DNA of 63,802 nt, filler included, from Collodictyon triciliatum (GCA_043381765.1; 45 parts of 45 records of this genome joined end to end with filler, not necessarily neighbours in it), one strand, 5' to 3'; positions 48,250-61,768 are shown, counted from the whole stretch's first letter. The notes: a model not told the origin generated them from the letters alone. A program made the numbers and translations.

Positions 48250-51200
48250 NNNNNNNNNNNNNNNNNNNNNNNNNNNNNNNNNNNNNNNNNNNNTTAATTA
48301 ATTAANNNNNNNNNNNNNNNNNNNNNNNNNNNNNNNNNNNNNNNNNNNNTTTTGTTGTTTTGTTGTTTTGTTGTTTTGTTGTTTTGTTGTTTTGTTGTTT
48401 TGTTGTTTTGTTGTTTTGTTGTTTTGTTGTTTTGTTGTTTTGTTTTTTGGTTTTTGGTTTTTTGTTTTGTTTTGTTTTGTGTTGTTTTGTTTTTGTTTTT
48501 TTTGTTTTGTTTTGTATCCAAGGACATTTCCGCCTTTTTGCTTGCAGATGCAAAAGATATCGTTTGGGCTTCAGCCAACCGAGGCCGCTGCGCTGTGTCT
48601 TGTCTAAAAACCTTATGGCTTATCCCAGAAGCTGTTGCCTGCATTGCTCTCAACAGACATAGAAAGATGCATACCAGACAAACGTGGCAAAAACGCCGGG
48701 CAAGAACCTGTCTGGCTGAAATCCAAACTCTCCGCGTCAATCTCATTTCAATGGAGATTGCAAAGATGTCGAAAAATGGATTGCGGAATCGTACCATGCG
48801 CCAAAGTGTTTTGTTCTCTTTCACCATAGCCACATCACGTAGATTCGTCCACAAGCATCCACATACACACGGGTTTTTGATTTGCAGATTGAATTGTACG
48901 CGAGGCCGATAGTTGTATGCTTTGGGTGATGAGTATTAAATCGATGAGCTTCTTTTTTCTTTTTCATTTTCATTTTCATTTTCATCTTTTTTTCTTTTTC
49001 TTTTTCTTTTTCTTTTTCTTTTTTCTTTTTTCTTTTTTTCTTTTTTCTTTTTTCATCCATATTAACGACAACCAGATTGTGCGTTCTGGTTTTGAAGATT
49101 AAGGCGTGTGGTTGCGATGCCTGTTATCTGTAGCGCTGATTTGATAAAGCTCATCACCCCAGCCAAAAAAAAACACATACAAAACCTGCTTTAGCATGCC
49201 ACTTTTCTTATCTTGTGGTTTATCGGCAGAGAAGGCAAACCGGAATTGGCGTATGCAAGTGACTACGTTGCGTATTACTTGAAGCCACACGATGCTTCAG
49301 CTTTTATCCCTATCAAATCTTATCATAATGTGCATTATGGCTTGGTGCTCTAATGATAGGAATTATAAGCCTATCTATCGCAACAGAAGGGCAAATTAGT
49401 GAAATATAATTAAATTCCAGAAGTGAACCCCATTTATTATAGCGTACATACCGCAGTTAGCCCCCATTGAGCCTAGTCTGCTATATTTACCACGTTCCAC
49501 GCCAAACGCAGCCGACTCATTCACGCCATTCGCCCGTATTACAATATTGTTTTTTTGGTCACATGAATAGTGTCCCTGTCACATACAAACTTGTCAGCAC
49601 GAGAGAGAAAGAGAAAGAAAAGATCAAACGAGAAGGTGAAAAGGGAAAGGAAAAATGAAAAAAANNNNNNNNNNNNNNNNNNNNNNNNNNNNNNNNNNNN
49701 NNNNNNNNTTAATTAATTAANNNNNNNNNNNNNNNNNNNNNNNNNNNNNNNNNNNNNNNNNNNNATACATACATACATACATACATACATACATACATAC
49801 ATACATACATACATACATACATACATACATACATACATACATACATACATACATACATACATGGCCTTGAATTCACTTTCATTCAAAAGTATTTTTAATA
49901 TATCTTGGTGAAAGCCTTCTTAAATGGAATGACGGTGGTTGAGAAGGTGCTAGACTTATATCATCTTTCTCTATTCTCTTACATAAAATCATCGTAAACT
50001 ATTAATTGGCGGGTATGCTTCTCTGGTTTTTCTTCGGCTGGTTCATTCCTTACAGGTTCGTTGGTTGGCTCGTCCTCCCATACCAAGCTACGTCCTTCTT
50101 TACTAGGGGGTTGGAGAGTCAAGGGCAGTTTATAATCGATAATGAAAAAACAAAAACAAAAACAAAAACAAAAACAAAAACAAAAACAAAACTCCGAAAA
50201 ATACTATACGTCATTCATGAAATACATATTCTGATGAAAATCTCTCAATTTCGGTGCGAAAGGATATTAGGCTGGGATTCACTCGGTGTGGTTATTGACG
50301 ATTCCGTCACTTGAGTAAGCACAGGTGGGAGGGGGGTCATAGGAATCAATGGCGTTAGGGGCAGTAGCGTCTGAGTTTTTGGTGAACGTGCGTGATACGT
50401 ACTCATCCCAAGCAGGCCCGATGTTTTGGTGGATGGAAATGCATCTTTTTTTTTTTAACAAGCAAAATAAAATAAAATTACATGAATTTTTAATTGAAAA
50501 TTCCATGTAGAATATTACGTTGCAAAAAACAATAGTAAAAGCTAATTTTTTTTTTAAAAAGTATATATAGAAGGCTACATGTCGCTGTTCTTGAAACAAT
50601 TTGTTTCCTACCAGGGTTAGGCGTTTCTGGTGGATAATATCCAGGATAAGGTGATGAGACTGGCATAGGGGTTCTCTCGCTATTATCATTATGTCTTGCA
50701 GTAAAGCTGTTTCTCCTCCCGTGGTATGATGAATCTGTTCAATATATTGTTTGCATATGTCATTTAAGTTATAATTCCATATCCGCCTAGCGAAATATAC
50801 AGTGTAAATACACGTATCAAAATTTTCTTTATTGTAACCTGCTGGCCCAGACCTCTGAGTATTACTAGTTAAAAAAATAATACCATAATTTATTGAATAG
50901 ATTGTTAAAATAAAGCTTTGATATCATATATTATTATAGTTATACAAGAAATAAACTGCGTGAATGATGAAATCTATTTATATAAAGCAAAAGCAAATTA
51001 CGATGATGTCTTTGAAAATGCCACTCGCAATTGCATTCCCCATAGCTCTTTATTATTCATCGTTGTAATGGCTTTCGAANNNNNNNNNNNNNNNNNNNNN
51101 NNNNNNNNNNNNNNNNNNNNNNNTTAATTAATTAANNNNNNNNNNNNNNNNNNNNNNNNNNNNNNNNNNNNNNNNNNNNAGCTAAATCTCGGCCATTGGG

Positions 51201-51437
51201 ATTTGCCCGATTGGGCGAACTTGTGGTCTCGCTGCGTGCGTCTTCCGCTAACTGCATAGCGCTGTCTAGCGGTGTTTGTAAGGAGGCGTGCAAGTGAGGC
51301 TGGGGCGGGTGGGGCGACCTGTCGGGGAGGATGCGGAGGCGGCAGGGGATGCCGCGGATGGTAATGTTCATAGACCACATTCTCATCGTCAAGTTGAGGC
51401 TTGGTTGCTATTCGTGTGGTTTTTGTGCAAAACCAAA

Positions 51438-52126
51438 GGGGACCTATGGAAGGTATATTTACATTAACATTCACATAATACAAAACACGAAAGCACCAGA
51501 ATATCGCGTTGTATCAGTTGAAGAGAAAAGCACATCATGCGCATCAAATTGGCCCACATATCGACCTTATCCAGTCAAATATCTGGAGGAAAGGGATACA
51601 GTCCGTGATAAAAAAAAAAACCGGTGAATCAAAGCACTTTGATACATTTCACTGCTGATTGTTGCTCTTAAAAGCACTGCAGGCACATATCGCTTTTGGA
51701 ATCCAAAGTTTAGTTTACTATTTTGTTAACTTCTTCTTTCCTTTCCTACTTCACATTAGTTTATTGATCAAACACATCGCCAAAGATGAATACCGTTTCT
51801 TTTTAATGTAAGGTTATTTTGAAAAGGCTGATACTTGATGCGGGGTTAAGTGACGCGGCTACCTTTTCGAGTATTTTACTGACCCATTACAGTGGCTTAC
51901 AAAACCCGACAAAAAGCAAAAGTTTATGGTTTATATTGCATTAGTTTTATTTTTAAAAGGTACATATGATATTATTGGATATTCTGTAAAAACAATAACT
52001 TATTAGAATACTGCTAGAAATCTCTTTTTTCGTAACTGATCTCATACTATCGTTAAGGTCAATGTGGCTTTTGATTTTTTTTTCCTTTTATATTATGTTT
52101 AAAGAAAGTGTTTTATATTATTCTAC
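51438..52126 (+). repeat. Dispersed ~700-bp repeat, copy 2
   Basis: Collinear with 39025-39741. Confidence 0.9.
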
Positions 52127-53863
52127 AGCCCGCCCTAGTTGTTGCGCCTTGGTTGACAGCACGAACGCGTTTTGGATTCATGTGCAGGTCGTCGTAGTAT
52201 AGAAACAAAATTATGACTAACCTAAATATATCTATTAAGGTCGAGGAGACTTAACCCCTAAAAAGCTGTAACTACCAAAGGTCCTGACCTGGATTCATCC
52301 GAAGCCAAAGTTCTGGCAAAGACGAAGCAATGCAACTAATTTATATCAGATGATGAATGCGCAACCAGCAGACGCAGCATGTGAAAGTTGCTAATCCTAC
52401 TCTAAAAAAAAGAACATTCAATTTGGACAAAGTGCTGTATTTGATTTTTTTTTTTTTTTTTTGTATAGTTATTTGATTTAATGCCTTTAGTCCGTNNNNN
52501 NNNNNNNNNNNNNNNNNNNNNNNNNNNNNNNNNNNNNNNTTAATTAATTAANNNNNNNNNNNNNNNNNNNNNNNNNNNNNNNNNNNNNNNNNNNNAGAAA
52601 AAAAGAAAAAAAGAAAAAAAGAAAAAAAGAAAAAAAGAAAAAAAGAAAAAAAGAAAAAAAGAAAAAAAGAAAAAAAGAAAAAAAGAAAAAAGAAAAAAAA
52701 TGAAAAGATGAAAAAGCTAGAAAGGAATAGAAGAAAAACCAAAACCAGCCTAATGCGACACAGAAACACCTGGCAGCCCAAGAAATGGCGACGCACAAAG
52801 CCAGCAACGCAACAGAGGGCGCCGCACCAGGCGCAGGCCACGAGACGCACGGCTCTCAACTGCCACCTGCGCGGCCGATCGCAGGCGGACCGGCTGTTGC
52901 GATCCCACGCACACGGAATCCTGCGAGACTCAACCGCCCCTTTGCCGACTGCAGCCACGGCACGGCTTCAGCAGACTCCGCAAGTCTGATTGGATCAAAC
53001 AAGTCGCACAGCGTCGCGGAGTCGTTGGCTGCTTCTGTCGACGGACCGCAGACCCAGTCAGGATTCCCGGCGAATCATCCCGGCCATTTTCGGCACAATA
53101 GGCAGCCCTTGCAAAAGGAGGCTGGATTGTGGAAGTATCCCACTTCGGATGGCCCCATGCCACATCGGTCAGAGTCTGTCGCAGGCCACACAGATCCCAG
53201 GTATTGATGTGCATATTTAGTGCTCAGCAAATCCAGTTCTTGCTTTCTTGCGTGCTTAAGTTCTTGAACATGCTTGTGCATCTGGGTGGATTGTTTGGTT
53301 TCCGTCTTTCTATTCTCCTTATCATGGTGTTTGAGATATTTTAGAAGCACCGCTTTTTTTTTCTATTCTTCCTTTCAATTTTGTGCAAGATGGCGGGAAT
53401 ATTGGCATATAATCACTATGACTATGACTATGACCATTATTACTATCACAATTACAATTATCTTAAGCAATTATGATACGGTGATACATGTGATTTTTGT
53501 TAAAAATCATTATTTATATTACCTACAATTCAAATAAGGATATTGACTACCTGTGGAGATATTTTAACTGACATACCAGTGAATATAATAACTGATACAG
53601 ACAAATAACTTCCAATTTGCCGCTCGTCAGTGAACCAGGGAACGACAGTGAATACACTAGTAGAAAAAAGGTTTTCTTTTCTATATACAAGTAAATTATA
53701 TTTTACTCCACTATACCATCCAGGAACACACATACCTGTCGTCTTTTGAGGCACATATTTTGTGGATTATTAGATTACCAAGGGTTCTTTTTTTGACAGC
53801 GTTCTCATTTCCTTCCTTCCTTCCTTCCTTCCTTCCTTCCTTCCTTCCTTCCTTCCTTCCTTC

Positions 53864-53910
<47 letters not shown>

Positions 53911-54010
53911 NNNNNNNNNNNNNNNNNNNNNNNNNNNNNNNNNNNNNNNNNNNNTTAATTAATTAANNNNNNNNNNNNNNNNNNNNNNNNNNNNNNNNNN
54001 NNNNNNNNNN

Positions 54011-54365
54011 GAGAAGTAGGGCGCGGTGTTTTGGAAGTAGCTGGTATATGCGGGCTTGGTTCCAGTTTTTTAATTTTTGATTATTCGTAGTGATGAAGTT
54101 GCGGCAGATGTCTTCCAGCTCCTTCAACCTCTTGAGATTCAGCTAAGTGCCTTTCATGTTGTAGATAAGGGTCGACAGCATCACTTGGTTCCAAAACCTT
54201 ACTTTTCCCATGTCCGAGAGATGAAAGTTGCTCCGCACTGATATTTTCGGCTTGATGTCCTCAACCAGGCTTGTCCATTTGCTATCCGATTGTGGACCGA
54301 AGATGATGCCAAGATACTTGAGTGGATGTGACGATGGCTTCCACACAATGTTTCCTGGAAACATA
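54011..54365 (-). mobile_element. LINE RT C-terminal segment, inverted relative to the adjacent 3' segment
   Basis: HPLKYLGIIFG...KWTSLVEDIKPKI...LSDMGKVRFWNQVMLSTLIY (RT motif KYLG and the L1-type LS..GK..). Confidence 0.8.
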
Positions 54366-54369
54366 AATC

Positions 54370-54985
54370 CATCCTGAAAACCAATAGGGAGCTATGGATA
54401 GGCACACGCGCGGCAAAAGCTGGCAAAGTCTCCCAATAATGCACACTTTGCAGCAACGGTGATGAATCCATTGAACACACATTTGTGCAACGTCCCTTCG
54501 CTCAAAACCTGCGCGAAACAGCCGGTGAGATTCTTCGACTGACACTCAAGACGGCTGCGGCTGTTGGCTCAATCCAGGCGATATTTGGACATCTGCAACA
54601 GCTGTGTACAGAGGCAAAAAAATGATGGGCAGTGACGCGAGGCCATTTACTATGGACTGTGTGGATAGCGCTCATATACTCACGCAAAGCAAGACTCAAC
54701 AACCAGCCACCCATTCCTGATAATAGGCTGGATGACATCATATAAATCTCTTTCCTCATCAGCTTCCTTCACCACCTGCACGTTCTCTACTACTCAGACC
54801 CTGCGAGAAGAGACATGTGGAAAGCGGCTGAGAAAGAAATTAACCTCGCCTTGTATCTCTCATGCAAGCACAAGACCCAGGCTACAGGCCAAAGCACAGG
54901 ATGCAATTCCCGATTACCGACTACTTCTCTGCCACCCGGCCACCAAGTAGCGCTCATGCAAACGATGGCTAGCGAACCAAAGCCA
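54370..54985 (+). mobile_element. L1/Tx1-like ORF2 3' end, degenerate zf-RVT copy
   Basis: Closely similar to 34168-34778 (CTLCSNGDESIEHTFVQ), with stops. Confidence 0.85.
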
Positions 54986-55024
54986 ACTCTCCACCACCCT
55001 GCACAAAGTGATATAGAGGGGAAA

Positions 55025-55254
55025 TACAATAAGTTTTATGATACCTGTCAAACACGATATTTGTGGAAGCAGCAATGGCAACTGATTTCTACGAAGGCTC
55101 AAGATTTTCACACTAGTCAACAAAAAGACACCATGAGGAACGGAAGTTAAGCCGCTCCCGGCTAAAGCTAGACTCTCGGAGTTTTTTGAAGAGGCGATGT
55201 CAGTGTCTCGTTATTCCTCGGACCTCTTCTAAAAGCGCATTCCCGTCGGCCATT
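55025..55254 (-). pseudogene. Disrupted paralogue of the LRR gene at 36174
   Basis: NALLEEVR../..LTSVPHGVFLLTSVKILSLRRNQLPLLLPQISCLTG versus VDALLEVR...LSSVPPGVFLLTGLKEL. Confidence 0.7.
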
Positions 55255-55732
55255 GTGACAGAAGTGAGGCGAAAGCAGTTTGGACGAGTTCTGGGGGTTG
55301 TGTGGAGGGGTGGATTGGGTTGTGNNNNNNNNNNNNNNNNNNNNNNNNNNNNNNNNNNNNNNNNNNNNTTAATTAATTAANNNNNNNNNNNNNNNNNNNN
55401 NNNNNNNNNNNNNNNNNNNNNNNNTTTATTGTTTATTGTTTATTGTTTATTGTTTATTGTTTATTGTTTATTGTTTATTGTTTATTGTTTATTGTTTATT
55501 GTTTATTGTTTATTGTTTATTGTTTATTGTTTATTGTTTATTGTTTATTGTTTATTGTTTATTGTTTATTGTTTATTGTTCATTGTTCATTGTTCATTGT
55601 TCATTGTTCATTGTTCATTGTTCATTGTTCATTGTTCATTGTTCATTGTTCATTGTTCATTGTTCATTGCTGATTGTTTATTATTCATTATTCATTATTC
55701 ATTTTTTCCTTCGGAAATAAATTGTTTACATA

Positions 55733-56493
55733 CTTGAAGGGGAATCTATGTTCGATAAGTCCACCCTAAATATCCAAAGTCCTTGAATACCAACGTTAGA
55801 ATTAGAGGCTATCCATTGAACATTGTTTGTCATGGAATAAGGAAGACTGTAATAGTGGCTTCCATCTCCCGCATTAAACCCAGCTTGAGGGTATCCATTA
55901 GATTTTGATGTGACCCATTGAATGCCATTTGTGGGATACACAAGAAATGAAAAGGAGAACCTTCCATCGGTAATTATCACAGTTTGAAAAGAGTTTAGAA
56001 GATTCGTCATGGAAGAATAGTATCCTACTTGGTACCAAGTTGCCATGAAGGCTCGTGTGCCCTTCCAAGTAGAAAATCCATAATCTTTCATACCTTCGTT
56101 AATTAGCGTGTTAAAATTTGCTAACAAGGCTGATGATGACCCAATAGTCTCATAAAAAACGCGATTTTTTCCTGATCCTGCATTTCCTCTCGTATCGACG
56201 TCTGCCCAGAACGGTGCAATTAGAACTTTGGAACCGCTTATTGGAAACGACTCAGCTATGAAACTGGAAACTGGAGAATCAAACGAGATGAGTCCGTTAT
56301 TGTTTACGTAAAGATGGTTGAAAGTCGTTCCGTAGTAAGGAAATACAAATGATATTGGACTCGATGATGTGTCGTCTCCAGTGGCCATCGTCTTCGATTG
56401 GGGACCATCGAATGAAAACAGAGGGTATGCCAATACCAGGTCCAGGAGATAAAAACTCAAAAATATGTGGAATCGTAAATACTTTGATTCCAT
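55733..56493 (-). CDS. Secreted NIDO-domain (nidogen/alpha-tectorin-like) protein, exon 1
   Basis: Signal peptide; FPYYG...LYVNNNGLISF...IAPFWADVDTR...ATW..V...NSFQTVIITDG...IQW...AGFNAGDG...SNVGIQGLWIFRVD; ends at a GTATGT donor. Confidence 0.92.
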
Positions 56494-56630
56494 GTTTATT
56501 TACCTCCTGAAGTGGGGACTCGGTTGTTGCACCTCCTTACGTTTCGATATCGCCTGTCTAAATCGAGAGGTTAAGAAAAAATGAAAAGGGGAGAGGGGGG
56601 AGAGAGGAGAGAGGGAGGAGAGAGGAGAGG

Positions 56631-56723
<93 letters not shown>

Positions 56724-57002
56724 TGTGTGTGTGTGTGTNNNNNNNNNNNNNNNNNNNNNNNNNNNNNNNNNNNNNNNNNNNNTTAATTAATTAANNNNNN
56801 NNNNNNNNNNNNNNNNNNNNNNNNNNNNNNNNNNNNNNTTATCTTTTGTTATCTTTTGTTATCTTTTGTTATCTTTTGTTATCTTTTGTTATCTTTTGTT
56901 ATCTTTTGTTATCTTTTGTTATCTTTTGTTATCTTTTGTTATCTTTTGTTATTTTGGGTTTTGAATTTCTATATCTGACGGGCATTTTAATAATGAAATC
57001 AG

Positions 57003-57702
57003 ATTTCATGGTTGATGACCTTATGCAATTACCCTGCTCCTCAGCCGGATGTATTTGGAGACCCCGTTACAATATCGAATGAACTTTGTGAGTTACTGAG
57101 ATTCTAGGAGGATATACCCAATTTTCACCTTAAATGTTTGCTGGATTTCCCCGTTTCCTTATTGAAGGAATTTGGAGAGGACGAATGCAATTACGCTCGG
57201 AGGATATTTAAAAATATTATTTTAGTGGCAGATATTCGACAATTAGGCGTTCAGCTAGACTATCCACCAAGTAGAATTCGTATCGGATATGGCTATGCTG
57301 TTTGTGATATGCTGGATAGGTTTGTTTTATTATCAATCGATATTGTTTATCACTTAATGTCCAACTGAATTTAATTTTGTTGCAATCAATGTATATTGAG
57401 TAGGGTTTGCGATTTAGCCATTGGTTTCAATCAAATCGAAGTTTACTTACCGAATCACTTCCCTGATGTGTAAGTTGCATTTTTTCCTGACTGAAAACTA
57501 TAAGATAATAAGAATTTAACTCAGTCTAATTTTATTATACTTTTTTGTCTCAATTTTCTAACGGTGTTCGTAATGTGCTGATGGTATATAGATACCCCGA
57601 CGAAGATGAAATGGAAACCGTGGCTGATGAAACTGAGGTTCTAATTCAACCAGACAACGTGATTCAAACTGGCCCTGATGCTCATCATGACGAGGCATTA
57701 GG
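57003..57702 (+). CDS. IFT57: Intraflagellar transport protein 57 homologue, internal exons
   Basis: SWLMTLCNYPAPQPDVFGDPVTISNEL|..DIRQLGVQLDYPPSRIRIGYGYAVCDMLDR|VCDLAI...YPDEDEME resembles IFT57 (P.E.DDPN...DFPPSKLK.GYG..VC..LD). Confidence 0.7.
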
Positions 57703-58384
57703 GTATTTGTCAGCTATAATTATCATTATCATTACTAGTATTAGTATTCTATAACTCATACCAAGAAATAAATGATATTTCTGCGTCAAAAATTTGCTCT
57801 TAAAGCCCCTGATTTTCTGAACTACTTGAATTATATACTACCATAAATACAGCCATGGCCTCAATGGCGAAGATTCGAGCACGAATTCATCTAATATGAT
57901 TATATCTACAATTGAACCAAAATTATGGAACGCGGAAGTGCAAAGGGTTTGCTATATCATAATTATATATTCAATCTAATACTTTTATTATTGTGTTTGT
58001 TTCTTGCTTTCTTGCTTTCTTGCTTTCTTGCTTTCTTGCTTTCTTGCTTTCTTGCTTTCTTGCTTTCTTGCTTTCTTGCTTTCTTGCTTTCTTGCTTTCT
58101 TGTTTTCTTGTTTTCTTGTTTTCTTGTTTTCTTGTTTTCTTGTTTTCTTGTNNNNNNNNNNNNNNNNNNNNNNNNNNNNNNNNNNNNNNNNNNNNTTAAT
58201 TAATTAANNNNNNNNNNNNNNNNNNNNNNNNNNNNNNNNNNNNNNNNNNNNAAAAAACAAAAAAAAAAAACAAAAAAAAAAAAAAAAAAAAAAAACCAAA
58301 AAAACCAAAAAAACCAAAAAAACCAAAAAAACCAAAAAAAACCAAAAATAAGACAGACAGACAGACAGACAAACAGGTGGAGTT

Positions 58385-59270
58385 AACAAACTCTGCAAGC
58401 CCACAGCGAGACCCCTCTTTGTAAAATCCGACAAATGTGATAAATCCAGTCGAATCCCACTCAACACATGGACCTGAAAGTTGCCCTTCATGGTACACAC
58501 CCTCTTGAAAATTCCCATCAGCAAAAGTGTACAAGCCAACACCCTGGAACATGAAAGAGGCTGCTCATTAGAATTGATAAACTTTTCTTGGAAAAATATA
58601 TGGAAGACAATCGGCTCCCAGTGGATTCATAGACGCCGCTTTATATATCGCTTCAAGAGATAAATGAATGCAAACATGAATTCCATCGACTGTCCAATAA
58701 CCACGCAAACTACCGCCATCAGAGAATCGAAAGCAACCTACATTAGATTGTATTGTACGACGTAAAAAAAAGCTTAAAATTGTTGATATGATGTTTAAGT
58801 GTTAGGTATAATCAATGAAACAATATACTCCGATGAAAGCACAGGAACAACGACATAAAAGTACAGATGCGGTATTAAAACGAATGCATTAAATATCAAA
58901 TCGAAAGAATTTGAGTAATAATGAATAGTGCAGGGCCAAAAGACAGTTCATCAATTCTGAAGTATCATGCAAATATGGGATTTGTCAATGATTTGGGTGA
59001 TGATCTGATATCTAAATCAAAATAACCTTCTCCTTTCCTTTCACCATGCTCAAAATTGCCTTCGAATACGTTTCCACCAACCCAGCGCATTGTTCCTTGT
59101 CCATGTGGATTTCCATCTCCATCTGTTTCGCCCTCGTATTCGAATTCATCTTCTTCGCTGTTTACATTCTCCTCTGCTGTCTCTGTGGATTTTACTTCAC
59201 CGCCGCCCTCACTTGAGAAATCTTCCAAAGAACTCTCGTTTTCAGACTCTTGGGACTTCTCCGAAGACAT
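58385..59270 (-). CDS. MORN-repeat protein resembling the SETD7 N-terminus, 5' exons
   Basis: EGETDGDGNPHGQG...FEGNFEHGERKGE|GCFRFSDGGSLRGYWTVDGIH|GVGLYTFADGNFQEGVYHEGQLSGPCVEWDSTGFITFVGFYKEGSRCG. Confidence 0.7.
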
Positions 59271-59424
59271 TGGCGTGTCACTCGGTGTGGGGTAAAAATC
59301 TGAAAAGTAAGAGAAAAAATAAAAAAAAGAGAATAAAAAAAGAGAATAAAAAAGAGAATAAAAAAGAGAAAAAAAAAAAGAGAAAAAAAAAAAGAGAAAA
59401 AAAAAAAGAGAAAAAAAAAAAAAG

Positions 59425-59518
<94 letters not shown>

Positions 59519-60464
59519 AGAGAAAAAAAAAAAGAGAATAAAAAAAAGAGAATAAAAAAAAGAGANNNNNNNNNNNNNNNNNNNNNNNNNNNNNNNNNNN
59601 NNNNNNNNNTTAATTAATTAANNNNNNNNNNNNNNNNNNNNNNNNNNNNNNNNNNNNNNNNNNNNTTTTCATCGATATCTTTCCTTTTTTTTTTTAACGA
59701 TAAAGTCAGAAAAATATGGCAAATGGAGATGGCTACTTGCCAAAGTTCAAATGCTCACAGCAAAAATGCACATATTGAATATTCCCTAACTGTGTTTCAA
59801 GAATTTTAGAGACTATGCGATGATAAACATCTTCGCGAAGGATGATAATCATGGAGTTGAGGGCTCCCTCTGATTCCTTATACAATTGCTCCTATTAGGG
59901 CAGAATTTTATGCATTATTTAGCCCAACTAGGTGTCTCAGAAGACGAACAAGAGTAACTATATATGAGGTTAAATCAGACATCATGATATGATTTGTTTC
60001 AACACACTTCCTGGAGGGTGCTTTCAATCTCAGAAATGAGCTCACAAAGCTTCTCACGAGACGTTGATATGTATTCACGTTTTTGCTCAGAAATGGCTTT
60101 CTTTTGATGACTCAGATGAAGCCTTTCTGCGATGAGTGCGTCCTTCTATACAAATTTATGTTCTAATACTCTTTTTGGATATGCATGAATAATTATTTCT
60201 AGCACGTTGCCATAGGGTTGCGCTTAACTAAACTGCATGATGGGCCTATCGATAATGATGAAAAACCTGGTAGCGAGTGACAATATTCTGGTTGAATAAG
60301 ACGAAACCTTTTTCATGAGAAGCTCGATTGAGCTTTGGTTGTTGAGGCCATACTTGCGAATCTCAGATAAAGAAAGCCCGTGCGTCTCCAAATATGCTGA
60401 AGCACTCTCAAATGCATCGAATCCAGACTCTTCCATTGGACCTCTGGGATTGATCCTTAAGTTA

Positions 60465-60527
<63 letters not shown>

Positions 60528-60544
60528 GTAAATAAGTAAGCAAG

Positions 60545-60591
<47 letters not shown>

Positions 60592-61078
60592 GTAAATAAG
60601 TAAGTAAATAAGTAAGTAAATAAGTAAGTAAATAAGTAAGTAAATAAGTAAGTAAATAAGTAAATAAGAAGGCGTTCAGATAAACATATAGGACTAGGAA
60701 CATGAAAATAACAGCAAAAAGGCAACAAAAAAAATAAAGGTGGATATTAATAGATATAGATATAAATAAAAATAAAAGAAAAAAAAGAATAAAAAAGAAT
60801 AAAAAAGAAAAGAATAAAAAAGAAAAGAATAAAAAAGAATAAAAAAGAATAAAAAAGAATAAAAAAGAATAAAAAAGAATAAAAAAGTATAAAAAAGTAT
60901 AAAAAAGAATAAAAAGAATAAAAAGAATAAAAAAGAATAAAAAAGAATAAAAAGAATAAAAAGAATAAAAAGAATAAANNNNNNNNNNNNNNNNNNNNNN
61001 NNNNNNNNNNNNNNNNNNNNNNTTAATTAATTAANNNNNNNNNNNNNNNNNNNNNNNNNNNNNNNNNNNNNNNNNNNN

Positions 61079-61260
61079 CAAATGGATGCACACATTCGAC
61101 ACGAACCTATCGGACCACAGTGCTATAGTGTCGTTCCTAGACACAGCTGGAGGAAAGCCAGCATCTCCGAAGCGTATCGATTGGAGAGCATACAACGACA
61201 CGGAAGCCGTAGAAGAAATCAGTCACAACCTGAGGTCTCACTTCAAATTTGCGAAAGTCG
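61079..61260 (+). mobile_element. Non-LTR APE-endonuclease C-terminal fragment
   Basis: TNLSDHSAIVSFL...KRIDWRAYND (SDH motif). Confidence 0.5.
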
Positions 61261-61268
61261 ATAGAAAA

Positions 61269-61768
61269 TCATTCATTCCGGTCGTCTGGTGGATAGAAAG
61301 TGAGGGTCTGTTCGACTTTGCATTCGCCTCCTTGGGTTGGATCAAACGAACACTTGAAGAAGCTTCCGTTGGCGCACGATACTACACAAATGCAGTTGTT
61401 AAACATATCAACCAGGCTCACATAAAAAAGGACATATTCATCACATTCGATGAAAACATAATGAAAGTTATTTTGGTCATTAACATCTTGATAATCGGGC
61501 TCCAACATACCGAGAAACACATTCTTCTCTGATGGAAAAGCACAGAGTGAATGTCCCTCTGGTGCTCGGAACTTTGAAAAGACCCAAAGTTTAATAGATA
61601 GCATATGAAACAAAAACAAAAAAAAAAGAAGAAAAAGATAAAAATAATCGCGGCACTGCTAGCATAACCAAGTTTTTGCAAACGTGTGGAGTGAATATGA
61701 ATCACACCTGCGCAAAGCTCCACTCAGAACTGAAATATTTTGGTAGGACTTTTTTCATGAAGTGCAGG
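61269..61768 (-). CDS. ATG18: ATG18/WIPI3-4 PROPPIN, 3' exons
   Basis: LHFMKKVLPKYFSSEWSFAQ|FRAPEGHSLCAFPSEKN|...CANGSFFKCSFDPTQGGEC, ending in TGA. Confidence 0.85.
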
